From: Candidatus Levyibacteriota bacterium
GTDB lineage: Bacteria > Patescibacteriota > Microgenomatia > Levybacterales > UBA12049
Direction: 5' to 3'
Length of the DNA stretch: 64,000 bases
Assembly (NCBI GenBank): GCA_018061075.1
Contig: JAGOUW010000004.1
Coordinates: forward strand, 9,192 to 73,191
Of this stretch, positions 25,319 to 35,572 are shown in pieces. The notes beneath the pieces are model-generated. The model ran no database searches. It had not been told where the DNA came from and saw nothing but the letters and a program-made list of their open reading frames with translations. The position numbers and the translations under genes are program-made. How positions within the stretch are numbered: the first letter of the stretch is position 1; every line of letters starts with the position of its first letter.

Positions 25319-26631
25319 GAGCTATCCCTTTCCATATCTCTCCATCCGACATCACTTCTAAAATGCAGATTATTATTTTCAATTGAAATCAGTGACATTG
25401 CTCCGTATGCTCTCATTCGCGCTTGGGATAAAGTCAAACCAACACCGGTCAAATGGAAAACTCTTCCACCAGTCGCCACAAATTTATTTTCTTTTTTAGA
25501 AATTCCTGCACCGTAAATATTTATATTCGGTAACTTACTAACCTTCTCAAGTCCTTTTATTTGTGCGCCTTTTACTTTTGAATAATCTATTGGATATCCC
25601 CTGCTGCATCCTGCAACACTAACCCGGATTAATTTATCCTTTTTTATTTTCAATTTATTAAGTTTTTTTTCTAAAACTGCCTCAACAATACTTAAATAGT
25701 CAGATGTAATTCCAGGAATCAAAACTTGCGCTTCCGGATCTCCCCATCTGGAATTAAACTCCACGATTTTAATTTCAGCTTGCCCTGAGCTTACCGAATG
25801 GATAATCATTCCGCCTAAATATAAAATTCCAGAATATGGTCTCTGTTCTTTCTTCATTCCTTTCATGAATGGAACAAGGATTTTGTTTTCAATTTCTTTT
25901 TCAACTTTTGGTGTAATAATCTTTGGATTTGAAACACAGCCCATTCCTCCAGTGTTAGGACCAATATCTCCATCGAATGCTGTTTTATGATCCTGTGCAG
26001 ATCCAAGAATCTTGAAGCTTTCCCCATCACAAACCGCAAATAAAGAAAATTCTTCGCCAATCATCGCTTCTTCAACTACAAAAGTTTCTCCTGCTTTTCC
26101 AAAACTTTTCATTTGTTTGATTGCTAAAATCGCCTCTTTTTTATTCTCTGCTTTAATCGCCCCTTTTCCTAAAGCAAGCCCTGATGCCTTCACATATAAA
26201 GGTTGCTCTCTTAGTGATTTAACATAAAAAATCCCCTTACTCTGTGAATCAAAACTTTTAAAATGCGGGATTGGAAGATGATACTTAAGCATAAAATTTC
26301 TTGACCATTCCTTACTCCACTCAATCTCTGATGATTTTTGTGTTGGACCAAATGTCTTTATTTCCAATTCAGTTAATTTATCTACAAAACCTAATGCAAT
26401 TGGATCATCCTGTGCGACATCTACTAAATCTATGTCAAACTTTTTAATAGCATCCTTAATTTTTTCAAAATCTATCGAGGGAATATCAAAAAGAGAAGTT
26501 ACTTTTTTATTTGAAAAATCTATAAATGGATTTCCTGGCGCAACAAAAATTTTTTTTACTTTTTTATTTTTCGAATAAGCATCTGCTATTACGTGTTCCC
26601 GTCCGCCCGAACCTAAAATTAAAATATTCAT
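25315..26631 (-). CDS. purD: phosphoribosylamine-glycine ligase
   Basis: MNILILGSGGREH start, ATP-grasp core, GGRVF C-terminal region. Confidence 0.9.
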   Translation of the reverse strand: MNILILGSGGREHVIADAYSKNKKVKKIFVAPGNPFIDFSNKKVTSLFDIPSIDFEKIKDAIKKFDIDLVDVAQDDPIALGFVDKLTELEIKTFGPTQKSSEIEWSKEWSRNFMLKYHLPIPHFKSFDSQSKGIFYVKSLREQPLYVKASGLALGKGAIKAENKKEAILAIKQMKSFGKAGETFVVEEAMIGEEFSLFAVCDGESFKILGSAQDHKTAFDGDIGPNTGGMGCVSNPKIITPKVEKEIENKILVPFMKGMKKEQRPYSGILYLGGMIIHSVSSGQAEIKIVEFNSRWGDPEAQVLIPGITSDYLSIVEAVLEKKLNKLKIKKDKLIRVSVAGCSRGYPIDYSKVKGAQIKGLEKVSKLPNINIYGAGISKKENKFVATGGRVFHLTGVGLTLSQARMRAYGAMSLISIENNNLHFRSDVGWRDMERDSS

Positions 26632-27227
26632 AATTTACAAAGTTTTTTTAAAACTTTAACGTACATTTTATTTTCTTTCACCTTTAATCTTTTATACAAA
26701 CTTTCAGTATCATCATTCTTTTTAATTTTCTCAAATGTTCTATCTAATACTTTCCCAAAATCGAATTCGTTTGAAATAAAATGAATTGATGATCCAGCGT
26801 AAGTTGCATTATTATTTAAAAAATTTTTAATTGCAACATCTGTTAATTTTCCTCGATTCCAAATTGCTGTTGTACCATCTGGATTTTCTACTTTCCCATT
26901 TATTTTATCGGGAATCAAACCTGGGTGAAGATTTAAGATTTTATTTTTATACTTACTAATCAAATTATCATCAATTATCAATCTCCATCCAGCTAAACAT
27001 ATAAAATCAATGTCATAATTATTTAATATTTTAAATAAATTTTTTTTAGTTACTATTTCTGTAGGAATTTTGTTTTCCCTTGCTCTCTGCAAACCATATG
27101 CGTCGGTGTCTGAGCTAATTACAACTGAAATTTTCGCATTTAAACTTTTATTATTGATTGCGTCAATTATTGCCTGGAGATTAGAACCTGTGCCTTTATT
27201 AGAAACTAAAACTGCGAGAGACTTCAT
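26628..27227 (-). CDS. purN: phosphoribosylglycinamide formyltransferase
   Basis: LVSNKGTGSNLQAI and LNLHPGLIP motifs. Confidence 0.85.
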   Translation of the reverse strand: MKSLAVLVSNKGTGSNLQAIIDAINNKSLNAKISVVISSDTDAYGLQRARENKIPTEIVTKKNLFKILNNYDIDFICLAGWRLIIDDNLISKYKNKILNLHPGLIPDKINGKVENPDGTTAIWNRGKLTDVAIKNFLNNNATYAGSSIHFISNEFDFGKVLDRTFEKIKKNDDTESLYKRLKVKENKMYVKVLKKLCKL

Positions 27228-28642
27228 GAGTTTTCGTACTTAATAAGCTTTCTTTTTTTGCCAATATCAATCGGATAATCTCCAGTAAAACAGGCTGTAC
27301 ATAGTTCTTCTTCTGGAACTCCAATTGCTTTTAAAAGTCCTTTGTATGAAAGGAAATATAAAGAGTCAGCTCCGATAAACTTTTTAATCTTAGGAATACT
27401 CATATTCGCTCCAATTAAATTTTTCTGGGTTGGAGTATCTATTCCATAAAAGTCTGGAAATTTTACAGGAGGAGATGAGCTTATTATGTGAACTTTTTTT
27501 GCTCCATTTTTTTTAAGCATTTGAACTAATTTTTTTGCTGTTGTTCCCCTGACTATCGAATCATCAATAACCACAACATTTTTCCCTTTAATAATTTCTT
27601 TTATGGGATTGTGCTTCATCTCCACTCCTCTTTCTCTTAAATGCTGATCTGGCATAATAAAAGTACGTCCAATGTATCTGTTTTTTGTAATACCAAATTC
27701 TAATGGTATTCTTAAAGTGGCTGCATATCCAATCGCTGCGGGGATTGAGGAATCGGGAATCGGAATAACAACATCTGCTTTTATCGGATTTTCGCGAGCT
27801 AATTGCACCCCCATATTTCTTCTAACTTCATAAACACTCTTTCCTAAAAGTGTACTGTCGGGTCTCGCGAAATAAACAAATTCAAAAATATCTAGTTTTG
27901 GCGTAGGCTTTCCAAGTTGGTATGATTTTAATCCATCCTGGCCAACTACAACCATTTCTCCAGGCTTTACATCTCTTATGTATTTTCCGTCCACCGTATC
28001 GATTGCGCATGTTTCCGATGAAAACACATATCCTCCCCCTAATTTTCCCAATGTTAAAGGCCGAATCCCATATGAATCCCTGACTGCAGCAATTTTATCT
28101 TTCGTCATTACTAAAAGTGAAAATGCACCTTTAAACATTGGGAATGATAATTTTATTGCCTCCTCAAGAGAACCTGTTTTAACAAGAAAATATCTTATGA
28201 CTTGATGCATCAATTCAGAATCATTCAATCCATCAGTATAAAAACCTTTTTCCTTCAAGAAAGCAGATAGATTTTCATCTATAGGTAAATTCCCATTATG
28301 CGCGAGAACTAAAATATCATGCATTGCCCGTCTTGAAGTAACAGGCTGTGCATGTGAATCGTGAATTCCGCCAGATGTCGAATATCTGTTATGCCCAATT
28401 GCCATATGACCTTTTAGCTCTTTGAAATTATCCTCGTTATACACTTGGGTAACCAATCCATTCGCCTTGTGGGTTCGAAGCTGTCTTCCATTTGTTGCGG
28501 AAATTCCAGAACTCTCCTGTCCCCTATGTTGAAGCGTATATAATCCGAAGTAGGTTAATCTTGCAGCTTGAAGTCCTTTTCTGCCGTACACGCCAAACAC
28601 TGCGCATTTTTCTCTTATCTTGTCAGGGTCTTGTAAAGTCAT
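27224..28642 (-). CDS. purF: amidophosphoribosyltransferase
   Basis: CAVFGV Ntn-amidotransferase start, HNRYSTSG, and PRTase loop VVVIDDSIVRGTT. Confidence 0.9.
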   Translation of the reverse strand: MTLQDPDKIREKCAVFGVYGRKGLQAARLTYFGLYTLQHRGQESSGISATNGRQLRTHKANGLVTQVYNEDNFKELKGHMAIGHNRYSTSGGIHDSHAQPVTSRRAMHDILVLAHNGNLPIDENLSAFLKEKGFYTDGLNDSELMHQVIRYFLVKTGSLEEAIKLSFPMFKGAFSLLVMTKDKIAAVRDSYGIRPLTLGKLGGGYVFSSETCAIDTVDGKYIRDVKPGEMVVVGQDGLKSYQLGKPTPKLDIFEFVYFARPDSTLLGKSVYEVRRNMGVQLARENPIKADVVIPIPDSSIPAAIGYAATLRIPLEFGITKNRYIGRTFIMPDQHLRERGVEMKHNPIKEIIKGKNVVVIDDSIVRGTTAKKLVQMLKKNGAKKVHIISSSPPVKFPDFYGIDTPTQKNLIGANMSIPKIKKFIGADSLYFLSYKGLLKAIGVPEEELCTACFTGDYPIDIGKKRKLIKYENS

Positions 28643-28645
28643 CAG

Positions 28646-30103
28646 CTAAATTTTAATCTGAATATTTCTTAACGAAACTTTTTCTTTTTCAGGTTTTTTT
28701 CCGGTGATCTTTTTATATATTTGAATATAACGAATGCTCACTTGATTTGCAAGTGCTGGCGACATTTTCGGAGGTTTTCCGTCTCCAGTATAACCTCTTT
28801 TTGCATACCAAAGTCTTAGGAATTCTTTATCAAAATTTTCTGGCTCCAATCCTTTTTTAATTCGCCATTTGTATGTTTTCTTAATCCAAAATCTTGAAGA
28901 ATCAGGAGTATGAATTTCATCTATTAGAATTAGCTTTCCGTTCTCATCCAGTCCAAATTCATACTTCGTATCTACTAAAATTATTCCGCCTTTTTCACAA
29001 ATCTTAGTCCCTCTTTCAAATAATTCTAACGCCGCTTTTTTCATTTGCTTCCAAATTCTAGGAGTCACTATTTTTCGATCAATAATTTCTTTCTCAGTTA
29101 ATCTTTCATCATGTCCTGATTCAGCTTTAGTAGTAGGTGTTATAACTGGGGTTTTTAATTTTTGATTTTTCGAAAGTCCATCAGGGAATTTAATTCCATA
29201 AATTACTCTTTCACCTTTTTGGTAACTTCCCCAAATTGAAGTATTTGTAACACCAGAGATATATCCTCTAACTACCATTTCAATTGGAATAAGTTTTACA
29301 TTTTTGACAATACTTATATTTGGATGGGGCACAGAAATAATGTGGTTTGAAATTATGTCACGTGTATTATCAAACCAAAAAGCTGCGAGTTGATTCAGCA
29401 CCGCTCCCTTTCCTGGAATAAGTCCGAGTATTACGTCAAAGGCAGAAATTCTATCAGTCGTTATGAGAATTCTTTTTTCCCCAACTATATAACAATCTCT
29501 AACTTTACCTTGATATTTTTTTCCAAACCCCTTTAGATCGACAGTTTTAATTAAAGTACTTTTGCTAAACTTTTTAGACTTTTTTACTTCTCCTAAATAC
29601 ATCTCCAAAGGACATGTTAAATATGCTGCTCCAAACATTTCTCTGTTATTTTTTAAAGCAGATCTTAACTCTCTAACCGTAAACCATTTAAAATCAACTG
29701 ACTCATGATTTAATTTTATCTTCTTGCTCCATTTTATTTTGTAAATTATAAAATAATGATTCTCTAATCTACCAAGAATTTTTCTGTTGTAAATAATTTT
29801 TCCTAAAAATTCAAATGTAAAATCTTTAATTCCTAATTCTTCAAATGCCTCTCTTCTTAAAGCTTCTTCATCGGATTCACTTGATCTAACGTGTCCTCCA
29901 ACAGGGGAAACAAACTGCCCAGCATCTTGCCTATCAGGCGCCTGCTTTACTAAAAGATATCTTCCCTCTTTATCCATTACTTCTGCTATTACAGTTTTAT
30001 GTAGGAGTCCTTTTTCGTGAGCTTCTTTTTTCGTGGTTTTATAGAGGGTTTTTAAATTCTTATCAACTATATCAACTTTTTCGTTTTGAGAATTATTTTT
30101 CAT
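28646..30103 (-). CDS. purC: NUDIX domain fused to SAICAR synthase
   Basis: Residues ~1-170 carry an intact Nudix box [24 protein letters not shown]. The remainder has YQGKVRDCY and [17 protein letters not shown]-synthase motifs. Confidence 0.85.
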   Translation of the reverse strand: MKNNSQNEKVDIVDKNLKTLYKTTKKEAHEKGLLHKTVIAEVMDKEGRYLLVKQAPDRQDAGQFVSPVGGHVRSSESDEEALRREAFEELGIKDFTFEFLGKIIYNRKILGRLENHYFIIYKIKWSKKIKLNHESVDFKWFTVRELRSALKNNREMFGAAYLTCPLEMYLGEVKKSKKFSKSTLIKTVDLKGFGKKYQGKVRDCYIVGEKRILITTDRISAFDVILGLIPGKGAVLNQLAAFWFDNTRDIISNHIISVPHPNISIVKNVKLIPIEMVVRGYISGVTNTSIWGSYQKGERVIYGIKFPDGLSKNQKLKTPVITPTTKAESGHDERLTEKEIIDRKIVTPRIWKQMKKAALELFERGTKICEKGGIILVDTKYEFGLDENGKLILIDEIHTPDSSRFWIKKTYKWRIKKGLEPENFDKEFLRLWYAKRGYTGDGKPPKMSPALANQVSIRYIQIYKKITGKKPEKEKVSLRNIQIKI

Positions 30104-30608
30104 CTAAATATTTCTGGAATCCAATTTTCTCAAGTTTTTGTACTTTTCTTAAAACTTCTTTTTCTAAATTATTTTTATAATCAGAAACTTTTTTTAATAT
30201 TTTTTTATTACTTACACCAATTATACTTGCTGCTAAAATTCCAGCGTTTTTTGCACCATTTACTGCAACTGTCGCAACTGGGATTCCCGGCGGCATTTGG
30301 ACAATGGAGAGAAGTGAATCAAATCCTTCAAAAGATTTTCCTTTTACTGGAACTCCGATCACAGGAAGTGGAGTTAGTGAAGCTATCATTCCAGGTAAAT
30401 GTGCTGAACCTCCGGCGCCAGCAATAATGACCTTAAATCCTTTTTTTTCAGCTGTTTTTGCAAAATCAAATAATCTATCAGGAGTCCTATGTGCAGAAAC
30501 AATTGAAAGATGATATTTAATTCCAAAGCTTTCCAATATTTCTGCCGCGTCTTTCATAACTCCCAAATCTGAATCTGACCCCATTACAATTGCCACTTCT
30601 TTTTTCAT
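30093..30608 (-). CDS. purE: N5-carboxyaminoimidazole ribonucleotide mutase
   Basis: [16 protein letters not shown] and [11 protein letters not shown] motifs. Confidence 0.9.
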   Translation of the reverse strand: MKKEVAIVMGSDSDLGVMKDAAEILESFGIKYHLSIVSAHRTPDRLFDFAKTAEKKGFKVIIAGAGGSAHLPGMIASLTPLPVIGVPVKGKSFEGFDSLLSIVQMPPGIPVATVAVNGAKNAGILAASIIGVSNKKILKKVSDYKNNLEKEVLRKVQKLEKIGFQKYLDEK

Positions 30609-31738
30609 ATTATTAATGCCTTTCTTGCTTTATTCGCTTTTTGTAAATTTAACTTCTCACTTTCCCCAACTACTGTAATATGGCCCATTTTTCTTCCAAC
30701 TCTCGAATCTTTTTTATTATACAAATGATATGAAACTCCAGAAATCTTTAAAGCATTATCAAGTCCTTTAGGATACCCTGCCCCTTCAAATTCACCAAGG
30801 ATATTTTTCATTACTGCAGATTTTACCATTAAATCTGTTGAACCAAGCGGTAAACCTGTAATTGCGCGAATATGCTGCTCAAACTGAGATGTAACATTTG
30901 CCTCAATTGTGTAATGGCCGGAGTTATGAACACGCGGTGCAATTTCATTAATTAGAACTTTATCACCTTTCAATAAAAACATTTCTATCCCAAAAACTCC
31001 TGCTCCCCTTAATTGCTTCATAGTTTTTTTAGCAAGATTTGTAGCATTTTTGCTAGCTTTTTTTGAAACTTTTGCGGGAGCAATCACAGTATCACAAACA
31101 TTATTAACATGAATCGTTTCAACAACTGGATAAGTGGCGATCTCACCTTTTGGAGTTCTGGCAACCATTATCGCAAGCTCTTTAACAAATGGAACAAATT
31201 TTTCAACATACAGCTTTCGACCTTTTAACTTTCCTAATCCTTCTTCAATATCAGATTCTTTTTTAATAACGAAATTCCCTTTTCCATCATATGCATCTTC
31301 ACGAGCTTTTAATAAAACCGGCAAACCAAACTTTTTAATTGCCATTTTTATATCTTCTGAATTTTCAATTGAGACGAAATCAGCGGCTGCAATTTTATTT
31401 TTTCTTAAAAATTCTTTTTGCCTTAATTTATCTTTTATTATAGTTATGGTTTTTGGAGATGGGTGGACTGGTTTTCCGGATTTTTCTATTTCAGATAGAA
31501 CTGTGTCATTCACAAATTCTGCATCAACTGTAATAACGTCAACTAACTTTGCGAGATCACGGGTAACTTTTTCGTCTTTATAGCCACCTATTAATTGACG
31601 GTCTGCGACTTGACCAGCGGGACTTTCGGGGGTTGGATCAGTGACGATAACAATAAACCCCATTTTCTTCGCAGCAATTGTCAGCATCTTAGCAAGTTGT
31701 CCTCCACCGACTATGCCAATTATTGCGGGGTAAATCAT
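30605..31738 (-). CDS. purK: N5-carboxyaminoimidazole ribonucleotide synthase
   Basis: ATP-grasp enzyme with [12 protein letters not shown] start and [12 protein letters not shown] motif. First gene of the pur operon. Confidence 0.9.
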   Translation of the reverse strand: MIYPAIIGIVGGGQLAKMLTIAAKKMGFIVIVTDPTPESPAGQVADRQLIGGYKDEKVTRDLAKLVDVITVDAEFVNDTVLSEIEKSGKPVHPSPKTITIIKDKLRQKEFLRKNKIAAADFVSIENSEDIKMAIKKFGLPVLLKAREDAYDGKGNFVIKKESDIEEGLGKLKGRKLYVEKFVPFVKELAIMVARTPKGEIATYPVVETIHVNNVCDTVIAPAKVSKKASKNATNLAKKTMKQLRGAGVFGIEMFLLKGDKVLINEIAPRVHNSGHYTIEANVTSQFEQHIRAITGLPLGSTDLMVKSAVMKNILGEFEGAGYPKGLDNALKISGVSYHLYNKKDSRVGRKMGHITVVGESEKLNLQKANKARKALII

Positions 31739-31744
31739 GTTTTG

Positions 31745-31772
31745 ATTTTATTTCTTTTCTAAGAATTGTCAA
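31745..31772 (-). promoter_or_regulatory. pur operon promoter, TTGACA-N16-TAAAAT, 6 nt from the purK ATG
   Basis: -35 at 31772-31767, -10 at 31750-31745. Confidence 0.6.
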
Positions 31773-31792
31773 CCCCGATTAAATCGGGGTTG
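31770..31792 (-). terminator. perfect 10-bp stem-loop after the DUF1761 gene, overlapping the pur -35 box
   Basis: caaccccgat-taa-atcggggttg. Lies 5 nt after the stop at 31798. No clear U-tract follows. Confidence 0.4.
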
Positions 31793-31797
31793 ATGGC

Positions 31798-32223
31798 CTA
31801 TGAAAGCAGTCCAATTACAACTCCCATTCCAATAAGTGAAAGCAATTGATAACCAGTGTTAATTGCGAATAACTTTACAGGTTTTTTACTAAATAAAACA
31901 TCAGTTGCTTGTACCGGCATTATAAAACCTAACCACATCCAAAATGCGCTTATAACTCCAGTCGCTACTGGAGAATAATTAAAATATGCTATAGACATAG
32001 TCATAACATGAGATAAAACAAAAGCTGTAATAAGAGCAAGCACTGCGCTTGTTCCATACATTTTTGCCATCACAACTCCGGTAGGCTTCACGTCGTCCTT
32101 AGAATATCCCATCAACTTCATCCAGGGTTTTCCAATTATTGGATTCATGTAATAAGCAAGCCCAATTACCATCGATACGACTACTGCTAAAATTAGAGCT
32201 AAATAATTCACTTCAATATTCAT
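31798..32223 (-). CDS. DUF1761 family membrane protein
   Basis: 141 aa, 4 TM, with an N-terminal NYLALILAVVVSMVIG..W pattern typical of DUF1761. GGGGAGGTG SD upstream. Confidence 0.6.
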   Translation of the reverse strand: MNIEVNYLALILAVVVSMVIGLAYYMNPIIGKPWMKLMGYSKDDVKPTGVVMAKMYGTSAVLALITAFVLSHVMTMSIAYFNYSPVATGVISAFWMWLGFIMPVQATDVLFSKKPVKLFAINTGYQLLSLIGMGVVIGLLS

Positions 32224-32287
32224 TTATATTCACCTCCCCTCTAATTTGATTCAATCAATTATTATACTTTGATGCAATGAGCAAAAT

Positions 32288-33952
32288 TTACCAGCTTCCC
32301 CCGCCACCGCCTCCTCCTCCACCCCCAGAAGAGCCGCCGGAAAAACCTGAAGATGAACTTGGAGCTGATGTGGTCATATTTGAGCTCATTCCTGAAAGGA
32401 AAGATCCATAGGAATGATAAAATCCTGCATTATATCCGTGATACCAGGTAGGATTGTAATCTGGTTTTATAAGCTTTAGTTGTTCCATAAATTTATCTAT
32501 GTAACCGAGGCTCATCGCATAAGGAATCATTGCTTCAACTGTATAAAATTTCTCTGCCTGCCATTTATAATTTCTATCCATAGATTTTAGAAATAATTTT
32601 AGTCCATCTATCTTAAAATCTAATTCGTCTCCTAGCGCAGTTCTTCCTATTAATTTTCTAGAGAGATAAATTAATACGACACCTAAAATAATATTACTCG
32701 TAAAAATTGCCATTATTCCAAAAACTAAAAGAAGTCCTCTTTGAACTTTTGGATTCTTTACGTAATATTTTTTCTCAACAAGTGACTTGAATATGCTTTC
32801 CTCCATGTCTGAATAAGTTTTGTAAAAATCCTTCTTTAAAGTCTGGGCATCTACTTCATTTCCTGACTGAAACAAACGATCATATAGCTCTTCCTCAAAC
32901 TTAGAAAGCTTATTATCTTTTTCTTTAAGTTTTATAATTTTTTGAGTGACTTTATCAGGAGCCAGTGATTTTTTATTTTTTATTTCTTCAAGCTTTATGT
33001 ATTTTCTAATTGCCAGGTCAAACAACGTTGCTACCACATCATCTCTTTCAAGCCTTGCAGTATCAATTGTCCCGGCAAGCGCAGGAGCAAGCCTTTCTCC
33101 TTCTTCATTCTTAGGAATGTCAAAATTAACAGCTGGTTTTCCAAATCTTTTTTTATTTTTAAATCTTTTATACCAAAAGAAAATCATTGATGGAATAAAA
33201 ATGTTGATTATCAAATATATAATTCCTAAATTTTTTAAAATAAATCCTGCTATTTTTTCTCCATTACTTTTTGGTAATTCTTTTAAAAGAGTACTTTTAG
33301 GAAATGTGTTGGCAGGGAAACCATAAACGACAGTAAGCCCCTCACCTGGATTTAAAGTATTAGTTATAGTTACTGGATTATATTTCCCAGGGGGGAATAT
33401 ACAAAATTGAGCGTTAAAAGTTGTGTCCCTCGTAAAACATGCAACTCTATTTGTAGAGACGTTAAAGTCTGTGGTCAAATTCACAGATGCTTTTTCTATT
33501 GGCACTTGCCAATCATTTCCCGTTACGTTCCAGTAAATTTCATCATGCGTTTCATAATTACTTCCTATCCCGTTGGCAACAGTATAAGAAATTTTATATG
33601 TATGCTTTCCGCTTATTTCTTTATTTGCATTTCCAATCTTGAAATAAATTTGCTCCTTAGATTTAGTAGTTTCAAAATTTTCCTCTTCCCCATTCCTTTC
33701 AACTTTTACATTTTCTATTTTAATAACTCTATACAGATCTCCAACCCTTGAAGAAAGAGGAATATATCTAAAAATTCCGTGCCTATCACCATATTCAAAA
33801 TTGTATTGAATGGTTTCAGTAACGTCCATCATTCCGTCTTTGTGAGCAACTATGTCTACGTCAAATGAATCAATTTTTTCAGCATGAGCAGCTGTTTTTA
33901 AGTTAAAAAATGCAAAGAGGGCAAAAATAAAAATTAATATTTTTTGTTTCAT
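32288..33952 (-). CDS. DUF2207 domain membrane protein with Gly-rich C-terminal tail
   Basis: Signal peptide MKQKILIFIFALFAFFNLKTAAHA, large extracytoplasmic N-domain, TM pair, and a tail SSSSGFSGGSSGGGGGGGGGGSW typical of the family. Start re-called to 33952 (TATAAT-N6-ATG). Confidence 0.65.
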   Translation of the reverse strand: MKQKILIFIFALFAFFNLKTAAHAEKIDSFDVDIVAHKDGMMDVTETIQYNFEYGDRHGIFRYIPLSSRVGDLYRVIKIENVKVERNGEEENFETTKSKEQIYFKIGNANKEISGKHTYKISYTVANGIGSNYETHDEIYWNVTGNDWQVPIEKASVNLTTDFNVSTNRVACFTRDTTFNAQFCIFPPGKYNPVTITNTLNPGEGLTVVYGFPANTFPKSTLLKELPKSNGEKIAGFILKNLGIIYLIINIFIPSMIFFWYKRFKNKKRFGKPAVNFDIPKNEEGERLAPALAGTIDTARLERDDVVATLFDLAIRKYIKLEEIKNKKSLAPDKVTQKIIKLKEKDNKLSKFEEELYDRLFQSGNEVDAQTLKKDFYKTYSDMEESIFKSLVEKKYYVKNPKVQRGLLLVFGIMAIFTSNIILGVVLIYLSRKLIGRTALGDELDFKIDGLKLFLKSMDRNYKWQAEKFYTVEAMIPYAMSLGYIDKFMEQLKLIKPDYNPTWYHGYNAGFYHSYGSFLSGMSSNMTTSAPSSSSGFSGGSSGGGGGGGGGGSW

Positions 33953-33958
33953 ACCCAA

Positions 33959-33964
33959 ATTATA
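33959..33964 (-). promoter_or_regulatory. -10 box TATAAT 6 nt from the DUF2207 ATG (33952)
   Basis: Within the 35-nt divergent spacer 33953-33987. Confidence 0.45.
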
Positions 33965-33975
33965 CATGAGTTTTG

Positions 33976-33981
33976 TATAAT
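33976..33981 (+). promoter_or_regulatory. -10 box TATAAT (preceded by TG) 6 nt from the EEP ATG (33988)
   Basis: Within the 35-nt divergent spacer 33953-33987. Confidence 0.45.
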
Positions 33982-33987
33982 CTAATA

Positions 33988-34764
33988 ATGAAATTGATTT
34001 GTTTAAATCTCTGGGGCGGTACACTTCTGGATAAGGTTCTGGATTTTATAAAAACAAATAGCAATGAAACAGATATATTTTGTTTTCAAGAATGCTATAC
34101 ATCTCCCAGGGAAACAAGAACGCCGAGCGATTATCAATCGAATTTACTTGAAGAAATAAAAAACATTCTTCCTGATTACAACTATCATTTTTCTCCTCAA
34201 TTTCATGACAGAGATTTTCATTTCCCTCTTGACTACCCTATTTCCCAAGGAGTTGCGACATTTTGGAAAAGCTCTTTAAAGCCAATCGATAAAGGTGAGA
34301 TTTTTATTTACGGAGAAGAAAATAAATTTATTGAAATACCAGGGAAAAATCAAATAATTCCGTCTAGAAATATGCAATTCGTAGAGTTTGAAAATTTTAT
34401 AGTCACCAATCTTCATGGATATTGGGCTCCTCTTCCTAAATACGATACACCTCAAAGAATAAAACAATCTGAGTTAATTTTAGAATTCTTTAAAAAATAT
34501 AATAAACCAAAAATTTTAGCTGGTGATTTTAACTTAGGAATAAATACAAGATCAGTCCTAATGATTGAAGACAGTGGATTAACAAACCTGATTAAGAAGT
34601 CAAAAGCCTTAACTACGAGAAGTTCGCTATATGACATTAAGTGGAGAAAAAATGATAAATTCGCAGACTATATTTTTATAAAAGATATCGATGTTAAAAA
34701 TTTTGAAGTTATGTCTGAGGAAATATCTGATCACCTTCCGCTTAAACTAGAATTTGAAGTTTAA
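33988..34764 (+). CDS. endonuclease/exonuclease/phosphatase (EEP) family protein
   Basis: LNLWGG, FCFQEC, LAGDFNLG and ISDHLPL motifs. Start re-called to MKLICLNLWGG (TATAAT-N6-ATG). Convergent with an AlkD-like gene. Confidence 0.65.
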   Translation: MKLICLNLWGGTLLDKVLDFIKTNSNETDIFCFQECYTSPRETRTPSDYQSNLLEEIKNILPDYNYHFSPQFHDRDFHFPLDYPISQGVATFWKSSLKPIDKGEIFIYGEENKFIEIPGKNQIIPSRNMQFVEFENFIVTNLHGYWAPLPKYDTPQRIKQSELILEFFKKYNKPKILAGDFNLGINTRSVLMIEDSGLTNLIKKSKALTTRSSLYDIKWRKNDKFADYIFIKDIDVKNFEVMSEEISDHLPLKLEFEV

Positions 34765-35474
34765 ACTTTTCCCTCGAGGTAGTTTTTTCGCTCGTCTTCG
34801 GTAAATTTCTCAATAGCATATCTTAAAGCAGTTCTACCCATAATCTTATGATATTTTTTCAAAAATTTTTCCTCAGCTTTCTTATCTCTATTTCCTACTT
34901 CCCTAAGCATCCATCCAACAGCTTTTTGTATAAGATCATTTTCGTCTGAAATTAGAGCTTCTGCAACGCCAATTGCGTCATCAAATTCATTATTCTTAAT
35001 AAAATAGAAGGTTGAAATCATCGCGATTCTTCTTTCCCAAAGATTTGTTGATTTTGCCAATTTGTAGATAACTGTTTTTGGCTTATCTGCTAAATAAGCA
35101 CCGATTATTTTGTCAGCTGAAGAGTCTACTAAATCCCAATTATTAACAAATTTTGTGTTCTTAAGATAGAATTCATATATTCTTCTCTGAAGCATTTCAT
35201 CATGCTGAAACTGATGAACAAGAATTAGAAGAGCTATAAGTCTTTCTTCGTGGATTTCACTTCTTAGAAGTTTTAAGATATCTTCAAAGCCAAGTTCTCG
35301 ATATTTTAAAGCGATTTTTCTGCTCTCGGGAACTGGAATTCCTAAAAATACGTCTCCAAATCCATACTCTCCTTCTCCAGTCTTAAAAAAACCGGCTAGT
35401 ACTTTAGCCTTTTTTTTGTTCTCTAATTTCTTAACGTCTTTCTGAAGATTTGGTAACATTTTGTGTGGCTTCAA
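34761..35474 (-). CDS. DNA alkylation repair protein (AlkD-like HEAT-repeat family)
   Basis: Length and helical-repeat pattern, NNWDLVD and WERRIAMISTF motifs typical of the DNA_alkylation family. Confidence 0.65.
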   Translation of the reverse strand: MKPHKMLPNLQKDVKKLENKKKAKVLAGFFKTGEGEYGFGDVFLGIPVPESRKIALKYRELGFEDILKLLRSEIHEERLIALLILVHQFQHDEMLQRRIYEFYLKNTKFVNNWDLVDSSADKIIGAYLADKPKTVIYKLAKSTNLWERRIAMISTFYFIKNNEFDDAIGVAEALISDENDLIQKAVGWMLREVGNRDKKAEEKFLKKYHKIMGRTALRYAIEKFTEDERKNYLEGKV

Positions 35475-35572
35475 TTGTACTCTTTTTTGAGGCTAAAGTC
35501 AATCATTTTAATCTCACAAATACTCCCTATTAGCGCTTCAAAAAATAATTTAAAAGATATAAGATAGGAGGG

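Noticed and set aside
31739-31797. Purine riboswitch expected upstream of the pur operon.
   Set aside because: The spacer is only 59 nt and is filled by a hairpin and a promoter whose -10 box ends 6 nt from the ATG. No aptamer-sized leader exists.
32291-32340. C/G-rich run (ccgccaccgcctcctcctccaccccc), considered as a homopolymeric phase-variation tract.
   Set aside because: It encodes the poly-Gly/Ser C-terminal tail typical of DUF2207 proteins. It uses mixed Gly codons and is not a true homopolymer.
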